A stretch of 40,814 bases of DNA from Burkholderiales bacterium (lineage in GTDB: Bacteria > Pseudomonadota > Gammaproteobacteria > Burkholderiales > Usitatibacteraceae): contig JANXWW010000374.1 of NCBI GenBank assembly GCA_025350945.1, positions 1-40,814 of the forward strand, given 5' to 3'. This document shows, piece after piece, positions 18,553 to 29,300 of this stretch (positions are counted from its first letter, which is position 1; each line of letters starts with the position of its first letter). Under the pieces are notes generated by a model. That model saw only the letters and a list, made by a program, of their open reading frames with translations. It ran no database searches and was not told the origin of the DNA. The translations under genes were made by a program, and so were the position numbers.

Positions 18553-19602
18553 TTACTGAGTGCGGCGTTCTATCGTGATTTGTTCAATCTCCACACGGCG
18601 ATTCGGCTCCAGACATTTAATCAGAGCTGGGCGGTTTTTGTCCGTGCACATCACTACCGGATTTGCTTCACCGCGACCTTCTGCTTTTAATCTGCCCGCA
18701 TCGATGCCTTTACCGGTCAAGTAGTTCTTTACCGACATCGCACGACGCTCGGATAATTTCTGGTTATATTTGTCTGAGCCCAGGCGATCCGCGTAGCCGG
18801 CAATCATGACGTTATTGATGCTGGTGTTCGCATTAAGCGCGCTCGCGATCTCATCCAACTTGGGTTGCGGTAAACGAAGTTGCGCGCTGTCAAATGCGAA
18901 TAGCTCGGTTGCCGACAATGTGATGCGCTCCATGCGTGGTGCTGGTGGCGGTGGGGTTGGCAAGGGTAAAGGTGGCGGCGTGGGCGTTATCTCGCGGACT
19001 GGCTCCGGTGCTTGCGCCGTGCGCACAATTGGCGCGGCGGGTTTATCAAAGGCATAGGTTAGGCCCACGGTAACGTAATCCGTTTTTGCGCGGTCAAAAC
19101 CGAAATTGAACCCGCTCAGATAACCGAACACCCGGCGGTAATCCGCCTGAATTGCCCACTGCTCGCCAAGTGCCACCTGGAATCCAGCGCCCGCGTTCAA
19201 GTAAGGCGAGGTGCGAGTACGCGTGCCTAAAAAGGGCGTGGTGGCGCGATCACGTTCATAACCGGTTCCCGCCAGGAGGAAAGGGCGAAACGATTTACGT
19301 GAAAACATGTAAAGCGCATCAACGCCCAATGTATGTTGCTGATATCGCGCGTTATCGCTATCAGTTTTCGCATAGGTGCCGCCCATCTGTAAATCCCAAT
19401 ATTGCGAAAGTGGCTTTCCCACGCGAAATCCACCACCAATACCGTTTTTGTCCACACCGAAACGCTTGTCAGGATCCATCGCGTTAACACTGGGTGCGAT
19501 GTACCAAGACGGGTTGTACAGCGTTGTTTGTGCGTGCACAGCCAACGATGCGCTAGTGCAACACGTCGCGATGGCGAAAGCCATTGTTTTCAAATTATTC
19601 AT
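18553..19602 (-). CDS. OmpA-family outer-membrane protein (beta-barrel + Pro-rich linker + OmpA C-terminal domain)
   Basis: Signal peptide, an aromatic-rich barrel segment, the linker PTPPPLPLPTPPPPAP, then FAFDSAQL...GYADRLGSDKYNQKLSERRA...NRRVEI. Confidence 0.85.
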   Translation of the reverse strand: MNNLKTMAFAIATCCTSASLAVHAQTTLYNPSWYIAPSVNAMDPDKRFGVDKNGIGGGFRVGKPLSQYWDLQMGGTYAKTDSDNARYQQHTLGVDALYMFSRKSFRPFLLAGTGYERDRATTPFLGTRTRTSPYLNAGAGFQVALGEQWAIQADYRRVFGYLSGFNFGFDRAKTDYVTVGLTYAFDKPAAPIVRTAQAPEPVREITPTPPPLPLPTPPPPAPRMERITLSATELFAFDSAQLRLPQPKLDEIASALNANTSINNVMIAGYADRLGSDKYNQKLSERRAMSVKNYLTGKGIDAGRLKAEGRGEANPVVMCTDKNRPALIKCLEPNRRVEIEQITIERRTQ

Positions 19603-19773
19603 TAACGCACCTTGAGGTTGGTTTTATAAAAAAAGTAACGATAAAAAGTAAAGATCGCGTCTGCCAAATGAAATTTGGGTAATTCGAATAACGCACAACA
19701 GGTCAACGAAAGAGACGCTCAATGCATACTAAAACCGCTGTTTTGGATTTGGCCTACCGACACTACGAACTCT

Positions 19774-19923
19774 TTACAACGGCTTTCGCCCTGAGATAAC
19801 TCGCAGCAATACCACAATGATCGCCACCACCAGCAGGATGTGGATAAATCCGCCCAGTGTGTATGAGGTCACAAGGCCCAGCAGCCACAAAACAAGAAGC
19901 ACGACAGCAATGGTGTAAAGCAT
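19774..19923 (-). CDS. lmo0937-type small membrane protein (49 aa)
   Basis: MLYTIAVVLLVLWLLGLVTSYTLGGFIHILLVVAIIVVLLRVISGRKPL matches the remembered family pattern. The longer ORF to 20091 has a non-protein-like N-terminus. Confidence 0.6.
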   Translation of the reverse strand: MLYTIAVVLLVLWLLGLVTSYTLGGFIHILLVVAIIVVLLRVISGRKPL

Positions 19924-20002
19924 GATTTTCTCTTTTCGAATGGTTGAACGAAGCATAAAAATGTTTATAAAATAATGTTGACATTTATCCACAGCGGATT
20001 CC

Positions 20003-20016
20003 GTGCGGTGCCGCAC
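20003..20016. promoter_or_regulatory. Perfect palindrome GTGCG-GTGC-CGCAC (candidate operator, site 1)
   Basis: Read directly. Lies in the 387-nt divergent region between the lmo0937-type gene and the glucan synthase gene. Confidence 0.35.
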
Positions 20017-20131
20017 ATAGCGAATTTTTTCGCACTTCCGAAATCCAATAAAACGTAATAAATTTTTCTGCTGTAAAAGCGAAAGCGCCAACCAAAAAGC
20101 TCAGACTATCTTGTCAGCGTGGAAAAAATCT

Positions 20132-20145
20132 GTGCGCTCCCGCAC
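20132..20145. promoter_or_regulatory. Perfect palindrome GTGCG-CTCC-CGCAC (candidate operator, site 2; extends to TGTGCG-N4-CGCACA at 20131-20146)
   Basis: Read directly. Lies 129 nt from site 1. Both sites are followed by CATA. Confidence 0.35.
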
Positions 20146-20157
20146 ATACGCGCAACC

Positions 20158-20172
20158 GCGTAACGGTTACGC
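20158..20172. promoter_or_regulatory. Perfect 15-nt palindrome GCGTAAC-G-GTTACGC
   Basis: Read directly. Lies 12 nt downstream of site 2 and ~140 nt upstream of the ATG at 20311. Confidence 0.3.
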
Positions 20173-20310
20173 TTGAAGTTGATCTAGTAGAAGCATCCCG
20201 CATGAGCGGGGATATCGCCAGCCGCGCCTGAGATGGCTAGACCAATCGCATGAATCACAAAACATTCCCGTTGATCAGGAAATCAAAAATTGAAATTTGA
20301 GATCACTACG

Positions 20311-23300
20311 ATGCTTGGGAAGTTAGGCCGATTCAAGCCTCGCTTATACATTGAGGAGGCAGCATCCAAATACGTTTCTGCTGAGGCACCCCTTCGCGCG
20401 GAGCTTTTTAGTGTCGAGCAGATGGATCGACACGGCAGGAGCCTGGCCGCCAGCCATAAAGTTGTAAAAGGACGTGGGCCGGATCAGCTATTGGCGCGTC
20501 TAATTGAAAACTATAGCGTTTTGGTTTGGACATGCGGACTACTCACCAGCGCGGTAAAAGAAAATCGTCGCATCACGCCTGCAGGAGAGTGGCTGCTCGA
20601 CAATTTCTATCTGATTGAAGAACAAATTCGCACCGCGCGACGCCACTTTCCAAAAGCATACAGCCAGGAATTACCGGTGTTGGCAAATGGAGCTTCTGCC
20701 GGATTGCCGCGCGTCTATGACATTGCACTTGAAGCCATCGCGCACGGCGATGGCCGTGTAGATCCTGAAAGCCTGAACCGGTTTATTGCCGCCTATCAGG
20801 AGGGTGCCGACCTCAAGCTGGGTGAGCTATGGGCCATCCCGATCATGCTGCGCCTGGCACTCATCGAAAATTTGCGACGTGTTGGCGCGCGTGTTGCGGC
20901 GGGCATGCTGGATCGCAACGAAGCGAATACCTGGGCAGATGAAATGATCCTGACAGCTGAGGAAGATCCGAAGAGCCTGATCTTGGTCATCGCCGATATG
21001 GCGCGGTCAAATCCACCCATGGTCAGCTCCTTTGTGGCCGAACTTGCGCGACGACTGCAAGGCCACAGTTCTGCACTTGCCTTGCCGCTCACCTGGATCG
21101 AACAGCGCCTTTCAGAAACAGGATCGACTATTGAGCAGCTAGTTCAATCTGAAACACAGAGCTTGGCCGCGAATCAGGTTTCCATCAGCAACAGTATCGG
21201 CAGCTTAAGGTTTCTGGGGGCCATGGACTGGCGCGAATTTGTCGAGACCATGAGCAGCGTAGAACACAAATTACGCGAAGACCCGGTTGGCGTTTACGCC
21301 CGGATGGATTTCGCGACACGTGATCGCTATCGCCACGTTGTTGAAAAAATAGCGAAAAAAAGTCACTTATCTGAAAGTGATGTTGCGCGTAAAGCGGTTC
21401 AGCTGGCTTTTCTTCACAGCGGACAAAACGGCGAAGCAAAAAATTCGCGTGAATCACATGTCGGGTTTTATCTGATCGATAAAGGACTTCAACAGCTTGA
21501 ACGCGCGGTTGAAGTTCGCGTCTCGACTATTGAGGCGCTGCGTCGGTTCGACCAATTGAGCGAGCGGTTCCCGCTGCCGCTCTATCTGGGTGCTGTTTTT
21601 TTACTGACTGCAATCGCTGTTTTTATTTTTTTCAGGATCGGCCATGTTGATGGCATCGATATGGGCTCACTCATTGTCGCTGGTGCGGTGGTGGCGCTTG
21701 GTGCCAGCCAGTGGGCACTGTCATTGACCAACTGGCTGGCAACGCTCCTTGCCACCCCGGTTTTACTGCCGCGCATGGATTTCTCGGCAGGGGTGCCTGC
21801 GCAATCGCGCACGTTGGTGGTCGTCCCCACGCTACTCACGAGCATTGCCGGTGCAGCGGCGCTGGTTGAAGCATTGGAGGTGCGATTTCTGGCAAACTGC
21901 GACGACAATCTTCATTTCGGATTGTTGACTGATTTTCGTGACGCAGCAGAGGAGTTTTTGACCGAAGATGAATATCTGCTCACCGACATCCGTGCGCGAA
22001 TCGACGCGCTCAATAAAAAATATGGCATTGAAAACAATGATCAGTTTTTCCTGTTCCATCGTCCACGCCGCTGGAATGCGGAGGAGCGCAAATGGATGGG
22101 CTATGAGCGCAAGCGGGGGAAGCTGGGGGACTTGAATGATCTGTTGCGTTTTGGGATCACGGAGCCGTTTTCGTTAACTATCGGCAACATCGATATTTTG
22201 CGTGGGGTGAAATTTGTGGTGACGCTTGACACCGACACCCAACTCCCGCGCGACGCAGCGCGGCAACTCGTCGCCACCATGTCACACCCGCTGAATCGTG
22301 CAGAAGTCGTTTGCCCTGACAATCGGGGCGGGGAACACAAGCAACCCACACAAAACCGCGTGTTACCCATCACTGTGGGATACGGCATTCTGCAACCACG
22401 CATGGCTGTCAGCCTGCCAAGTGCCAATCGATCACGATACGCACAGCTACACGGGAGTGAGGCTGGAATTGACCCTTATACCCGCGCCGTATCTGATGTT
22501 TATCAGGATGTGTTTCAGGAAGGCTCATTCATCGGTAAAGGTATTTACGATGTTGAAGTATTTGAGCAGACCCTCAAAGGACGCTTTCCGGAAAATCGCA
22601 TTCTGAGTCACGACCTGCTCGAAGGTTGCTACGCGCGTTCGGGACTGGTGAGCGACATACAGTTATACGAAGATTATCCCTCGCGTTATAGCGCGGATGT
22701 GAGCCGTCGCCACCGGTGGATACGCGGCGACTGGCAGATTGCAGCGTGGCTCCTGTCGAGCGTGCCCGCCGATGGTGGCAATCGAGAAAAAAACCCGCTG
22801 TCCAATTTGTCGCAATGGAAAATTTTTGATAATTTACGTCGCAGCCTCACGCCGCTGGCGATGGTGATCCTGTTTGTCACCGGTTGGGTGCTAGTGCCAG
22901 CAGCGTTGCTGTGGACACTGGCATTGCTAGGCATGGTGTTTTTGCCCGCTGTGCTGACAACTAGCATTGAGTTGCTAAGAAAACCCAGTGACATGCTGTT
23001 TGGCCAGCATGCGTCCGAGGTTATCGGTGCCGCCAGCAAACAGTGCGCACAGGCATTGTTCAGCCTGGCCTGCCTGCCTTATGAAGCGCTATTCAGCCTT
23101 GACGCAATCTTGCGCACATCTGCGCGCATGTTGTTTACAAAACGGCGCTTGCTGGAATGGAATCCGGCAAGCGGTATTGAACTTGCCGAAGCCCGCAGTG
23201 CTGCGCCGGGTGAAGTGGCCCAACTATTGGCCGCCATGGGGAGAATGTGGGTGGGCCCTGCGTTGGCGACGGCGATTGCCGCTTATCTGGTCGCAGTGCG

Positions 23301-26300
23301 GCCATCTGTAATTTGGCTGGCCGCACCTCTGCTGTTTATCTGGTTCATGGCGCCGGTCGTCGTATGGTGGATGAGTCGTCCGCTGGCACATCGGCGGCCC
23401 ACCTTGCAGCCTCAGCAGAAAATTTTCCTGCATGCGCTGGCGCGCAGAACGTGGCGATTCTTCGAGCGCTTTGTCTCACCCGCAGACAATTGGCTGCCAC
23501 CTGACAACTATCAGGAACATCCGGTTGCGGTGATCGCCCATCGCACATCACCGACGAATATGGGCCTGGCACTTCTGGCAAATTTAAGCGCTTACGACTT
23601 TGGCTACATCACCGGTGGAAAGCTCGTCGAGCGTACCGCGAATACGCTTGAATCGATGCTTTCGCTACAGCGCTATCAAGGGCATTTTCTGAATTGGTAC
23701 GACACCGTCTCGATGCAGCCGCTGACACCGCTTTACGTTTCCACCGTGGATAGCGGCAATCTTTGCGGGCATCTTCTAACATTGCGCTCTGGTTTGCTGG
23801 CGGTGCCCGAGCAAAAAATTATCGGGCCGAGAATATTTGACGGTCTTTTTGATGCGTTCGAAAATCTGCTCACCGCCAGCGAATTTGTCTCATCAAATGC
23901 AGTATCAATATCGTCCGCTCCTCTAGCTGCGCCGAATCGTTCGCCTGCTTGCGCGCAACTTCTGGCACAACTAAAGCGCGATATTGAAGCCGCGTGTGAC
24001 GCTATGCCTGCGACGATTTCTGCACTGCATTTTTGGCTGGAAAAAATTGCAAAGACGACCGCGCTGCTTGTCTATCAAGCCACAGCAAAGAGCACGAACG
24101 CGGCTGAAATTGCAGCAGACGATGAGTGCCCCGAACAAAGCGAATTCAGTTGGTGGGCTGCAGCGCTATTGATGCAGTGCGAAGATGCCGCACATGAGCT
24201 TGCGTTTCTCATGCCGTGGATCAACATTAATGCAATAACAAATGCATTAACTGATGCAACAACAGGCACAACAAATTCAGCGCTCGGCCTTGACACAAAA
24301 TTGGTGTCAACCATGCGATCAATACCAACACTCTGCGATTTAGCAAAGCTGCACAACTCAATATTGTCAATGCACGAAAACAGTAATTTGCAACCAGGGT
24401 CTACCGCGCGTGATGAATTTTTTTCTGTGCTGTTACCACTAATTGAATTGGCGAGCGTCCGCGCCGCGACGCGAATTCAAACCTTGGAAAAACTTAGCAA
24501 TCAGGTGGGCGAACTGGCGTCTGTGGACTACAGCTTCTTGTACGATGCCACGCAAAAGCTGATGACGGTAGGCTACAACCTCGATCAACATCGAAGCGAC
24601 ACCGGGCGCTATGATTTGTTGGCATCGGAAGCGAGGCTCGCCAGTTTTGTTGCTATTGCCCAGGGAAAAATTCCGCAAGAGAGCTGGTTTGCGCTAGGGC
24701 GTAATCTTACTTCTGTAGGCGGTGACGCAATTCTGCTGTCGTGGAGCGGCTCGATGTTTGAGTATTTAATGCCCATGCTAGTTATGCCTGCGTTTGAAAA
24801 CACATTGCTCGATCAGACCTGTTTATCAGCGGTCAAGCGCCAAATCTCATACGGCAATTTGCGCGGTATTCCGTGGGGCATTTCTGAATCGGGCTACAAC
24901 ACGGTCGATGCGAATCTGAACTATCAATATCGCGCATTCGGTGTGCCGGGCTTGGGGCTTAAACGCGGACTTTCGGAAGATCTGGTGATCGCACCCTATG
25001 CGTCAGCGCTGGCATTAATGGTCATGCCGGAGGCGGCTTGCGAAAACCTCGAGCGAATGCGCGATGACGGATTACTCGGCGATTACGGTATGTATGAAGC
25101 GGTCGATTTCACACCATCACGATTGCCGCGTGGCCAATCATCTGCAGTAATCCGCTCGTTCATGGCGCATCATCAAGGCATGAGCCTTTTGTCACTGGCC
25201 TATCTGCTGCTCAATCGCCCCATGCAAAAGCGCTTTGAATCTGACCCGCAGTTTCAGGCCACCATGTTGCTGTTGCAAGAGCGCATTCCGGTCGCCACAT
25301 CGTTCCATGTGCATGCGCCTGACCTGTCGGATATCCGCGCTGCCGCCATCGGCCCGGAGATGCCGATGCGCGTGTTGCGTAGCCCGCACACACCAACTCC
25401 CGAAGTGCAATTGCTGTCCAATGGTCGTTACCACGTCATGGTCACCAATGCGGGCGGTGGATATAGCAGATGGAAAGAATTTGGCGTCACACGCTGGCAC
25501 GAAGATGGTACCCGTGATAACTGGGGTGCATTTTGTTATATCTGTGATGTTGCCTCCGGTAAATTTTGGTCTACATCGCATCAGCCCACGCTGACCGAAA
25601 CAGACGGCTATGAAGCGATTTTTTCCGAGGGCAGAGTTGAATTTCGCCGCCGCGATCATGGTTACGAAACACACACTGAAATTGTGGTGTCGCCTGAAGA
25701 CGATATTGAGCTTCGACGAACCCGCATTACCAACCGGTCGCGCACTCGCCGCACCATTGAGATAACGAGCTATGCCGAGGTGGTGCTGGCAGTGCCCGCC
25801 GCCGACGCGTTACACCCTGCGTTCAGTAATCTTTTTGTGCAGACAGAAATCGTTGCAGATCGACACGCGATTTTGTGCACGCGCCGACCGCGCGCGACCA
25901 ACGAGCAGGTACCTTGGATGCTGCATTTGATGGCCGTGCACAATGCAGAAGTGGTCCATGTTTCATACGAAACTGATCGCATGCGTTTTATTGGCCGTAC
26001 ACGCAGCATTGATGCACCACAAGCGATGATGGCTTCGGGCGCGCTCTCCGGTACGCAAGGTTCGGTGCTCGATCCGATTGTATCGATTCGCTACCGAATC
26101 ACTATCGAAGCAGAGCAGACAGCCACCATCGACGTGGTTTCCGGCATGGCTGAAACACGTGATGTCGCGTATGCGCTTTCCGGAAAATATCGCGACCGCC
26201 ATCTGGCTGATCGTGTTTTTGATCTTGCGTGGACGCATAGCTGGGTAAACTTGCGACAAATTAACGCCACTGAATCGGATGCGCAGCTTTATGGAAGACT

Positions 26301-29300
26301 GGCCGGTGCAATCATTTATGCGAATCCCGGATTGCGCGCAGATGCCAGCGTGCTGATGCGCAACCGACGCGGCCAGTCGGGGCTGTGGGGTTACGCCATT
26401 TCCGGTGATTTGCCGATTGTGCTTTTGCAAATCAGCGATATGGCGAATATCGAACTGGTTCGCCAATTGGTGCAGGCGCATGCCTATTGGCGGCTCAAGG
26501 GGCTCGCGGTCGATCTGGTGATCTGGAACGAAGATCACGCCGGCTATCGACAACTGCTTCATGAACAAATCATGGGCTTGATCGCAGCGGGTGTTGAGGC
26601 AAATCTCACGGATCGACCCGGCGGTATTTTCGTCAGAGCGGCAGAGCAGATTTCGGTTGAAGATCGCATCTTATTTCAGACGGTCGCGCGCGTCATTATT
26701 GGTGACACGCGTGGCACCTTGGCCGAACAAATCAACCGCAGAAGTGCTAATGACCGGATCAAGGACAAAAGTAAAGACAAGGCGAAAGACGCGCGTGATC
26801 GCGACAGTTATCCGCCGCGTCTCATACCAATCCAGTTACCATCACCGCCGAAACGCGCAAGCGCACCAACAGGCGTTGTTGATCACGATCTGCAACTCTT
26901 TAACGGTTACGGTGGTTTTAACGCCAGCGGCAATGAATATGTGATTGCCACATTTGCAGCGGCTTCAACAACCGAGACAACAATTGAGACAGCAATCGAC
27001 ACAGCGATCAATTCAGCGATCAATTCAGCTGGGCACGCGGCCAAGCGTAATCACAGCGCAAAAATTACACCGGCACCATGGGCGAATGTGATTGCGAATG
27101 CACATTTTGGGTCGGTTATTTCTGAAGCAGGAGCCGCTTACACGTGGAGTGAAAATGCGCATGAGTTTCGCCTGACGCCGTGGGGGGATGATCCAGTCAC
27201 CGATATCAGCGGTGAAGCGTTTTATATTCGCGATGAGGAGAGCGGTGAATTTTTCTCACCCACACCGCTTCCCGCAGGTGGCACTAATGCATACACCACC
27301 CGGCACGGATTCGGTTACAGCGTGTTTGAATACGATGAGAACGGTATTGGCTGCGAATTAACGGTGCATATTGATCTGGACGCGCCGATCAAATTTTCGA
27401 CGTTAAAAATTCGTAATCATTCTGGCCGCGCGCGACAGCTATCCGCAACCGGATTCGTGGAATGGGTGTTGGGCGATATGCGCGCGAAATCCGCTATGCA
27501 TATCGTGACCGAAATCGAGCCTGCGACGGGTGCCATCTGCGCGCGCAACGCCTACAGCACAGAATTCGGCAATCGCATTGTCTTCTTTGATGCAGCCGAC
27601 GCAACCGGCCAGGCCAACGTTACATTCACGGCGGAGCGAAACGAATTTCTGGGCCGCAACGGCACACTGAAAAATCCGGCCGCAATGGGCCGAATCAGGT
27701 TATCGAACAAAGTAGGGGCCGGGCTTGACCCATGTGCGGCGATGCATGTTCCGTTCGAATTGGCTGATGGTGAGGAGCGCGAAATCGTGTTCAGGCTGGG
27801 CAGTGCCGGTCGCCATGGCGCGGACGACAGCAGTGCTGCAATACAGCGTTTGCGTGGGACAGATGATGCGCGTAAATCGTTACAGAGAGTTCGCGATTAC
27901 TGGACAAATACGCTCAGTGCAGTTCAGGTTGAGACCCCGGACGTCGCGCTGAACATACTGGCCAATGGCTGGCTTTTATATCAAACCCTTGCCTGTCGGC
28001 TGTGGGCGCGCAGCGGCTATTACCAGTCTGGCGGAGCATTCGGTTTTCGCGATCAATTACAAGACACCATGGCCTTGATTCATCACGAGCCGCGTCTGGC
28101 GCGCGAGCATTTAATACGAAGTGCGGCGCGCCAGTTTGTAGATGGCGATGTTCAACACTGGTGGCATCCACCCTCAGGGCGCGGAGTGCGCACGCGTTGC
28201 TCGGATGATTTTTTGTGGCTGGCACAGGCATCGTGTCGCTACGTTCTGGGCACTGGCGACACCGGTGTGCTCAACGAGTCCATTCATTTTCTGGAGGGTA
28301 GGCCCGTGAATCCGGAGGATGATTCTTACTACGATTTGCCCAGCCGATCCGAGACCAAAGGCACGCTCTATCAGCATTGCGTTCGCGCGATTGAACGAGG
28401 GCTCAGTTTTGGTGAGCACGGATTGCCGCTGATGGGCTCGGGCGACTGGAACGACGGCATGAATCTGGTGGGCATCGGCGGCAAAGGTGAAAGCGTGTGG
28501 TTGGGATTCTTCTTGTACGACACGATGATTCGCTTTGTCCCGCTGGCGCGGGCGCATGGCGATGGTGCGTTTGCGAATCGCTGCCAAATTGAATCGGAAA
28601 AACTGCGGCGAAATCTCGATCTGCACGCCTGGGATGGTGGATGGTATCGACGCGCGTATTTCGATGACGGCACACCATTAGGCTCTTCGATGAACGCGGA
28701 ATGCCAGATCGATTCCATCGCGCAAAGCTGGTCAGTTCTATCGGCTGCAGGGGAGGTCGAGCGCAGCAGAACGGCCATGGATGCGCTGAGTGAGCGACTG
28801 GTGCGTCGTGATGACGCGTTGATCCAATTGCTCGATCCACCATTTGATAAATCCGAGCTCAATCCCGGGTACATCAAAGGCTATGTGCCAGGCGTGCGCG
28901 AAAACGGCGGGCAATATACGCACGGTGCGATTTGGGCCGCGATGGCGTTCGCAAAATTGGGCGACAACACGCGTGCTTGGGATTTGTTCAACATGATTAA
29001 TCCCGTCAACCACGCGAAATCTGCGGAAGATGTGGCGATCTACAAGGTGGAACCCTATGTTATCGCCGCCGATGTCTATGGTGTGGCACCACACACTGGA
29101 CGTGGTGGATGGACCTGGTACACCGGTTCTGCTGGCTGGATGTATCGCCTTATTCTCGAATCATTGTTGGGCGTGCGTGTTGAAGCCAATAAATTGCGCT
29201 TGGCACCCTGCCTGCCTGCGGACTGGAAGAGTTTCAAGATCCGCTACCGCTATCGGGAAACTTTTTATTCAATCTCAGTTATCTCACCCGCACGCCCTGA

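Noticed and set aside
19978-19983. A TTGACA hexamer upstream of ndvB as a -35 element.
   Set aside because: No acceptable -10 hexamer lies 16-18 nt downstream (the sequence there is TCCGTG/CCGTGC), so I did not call a promoter.
20250-20300. A 16-codon upstream ORF (MNHKTFPLIRKSKIEI) ending 10 nt before the ndvB ATG, as a possible leader peptide.
   Set aside because: There is no SD in front of it and no attenuator-like structure linked to it. Short ORFs of this size are expected by chance.
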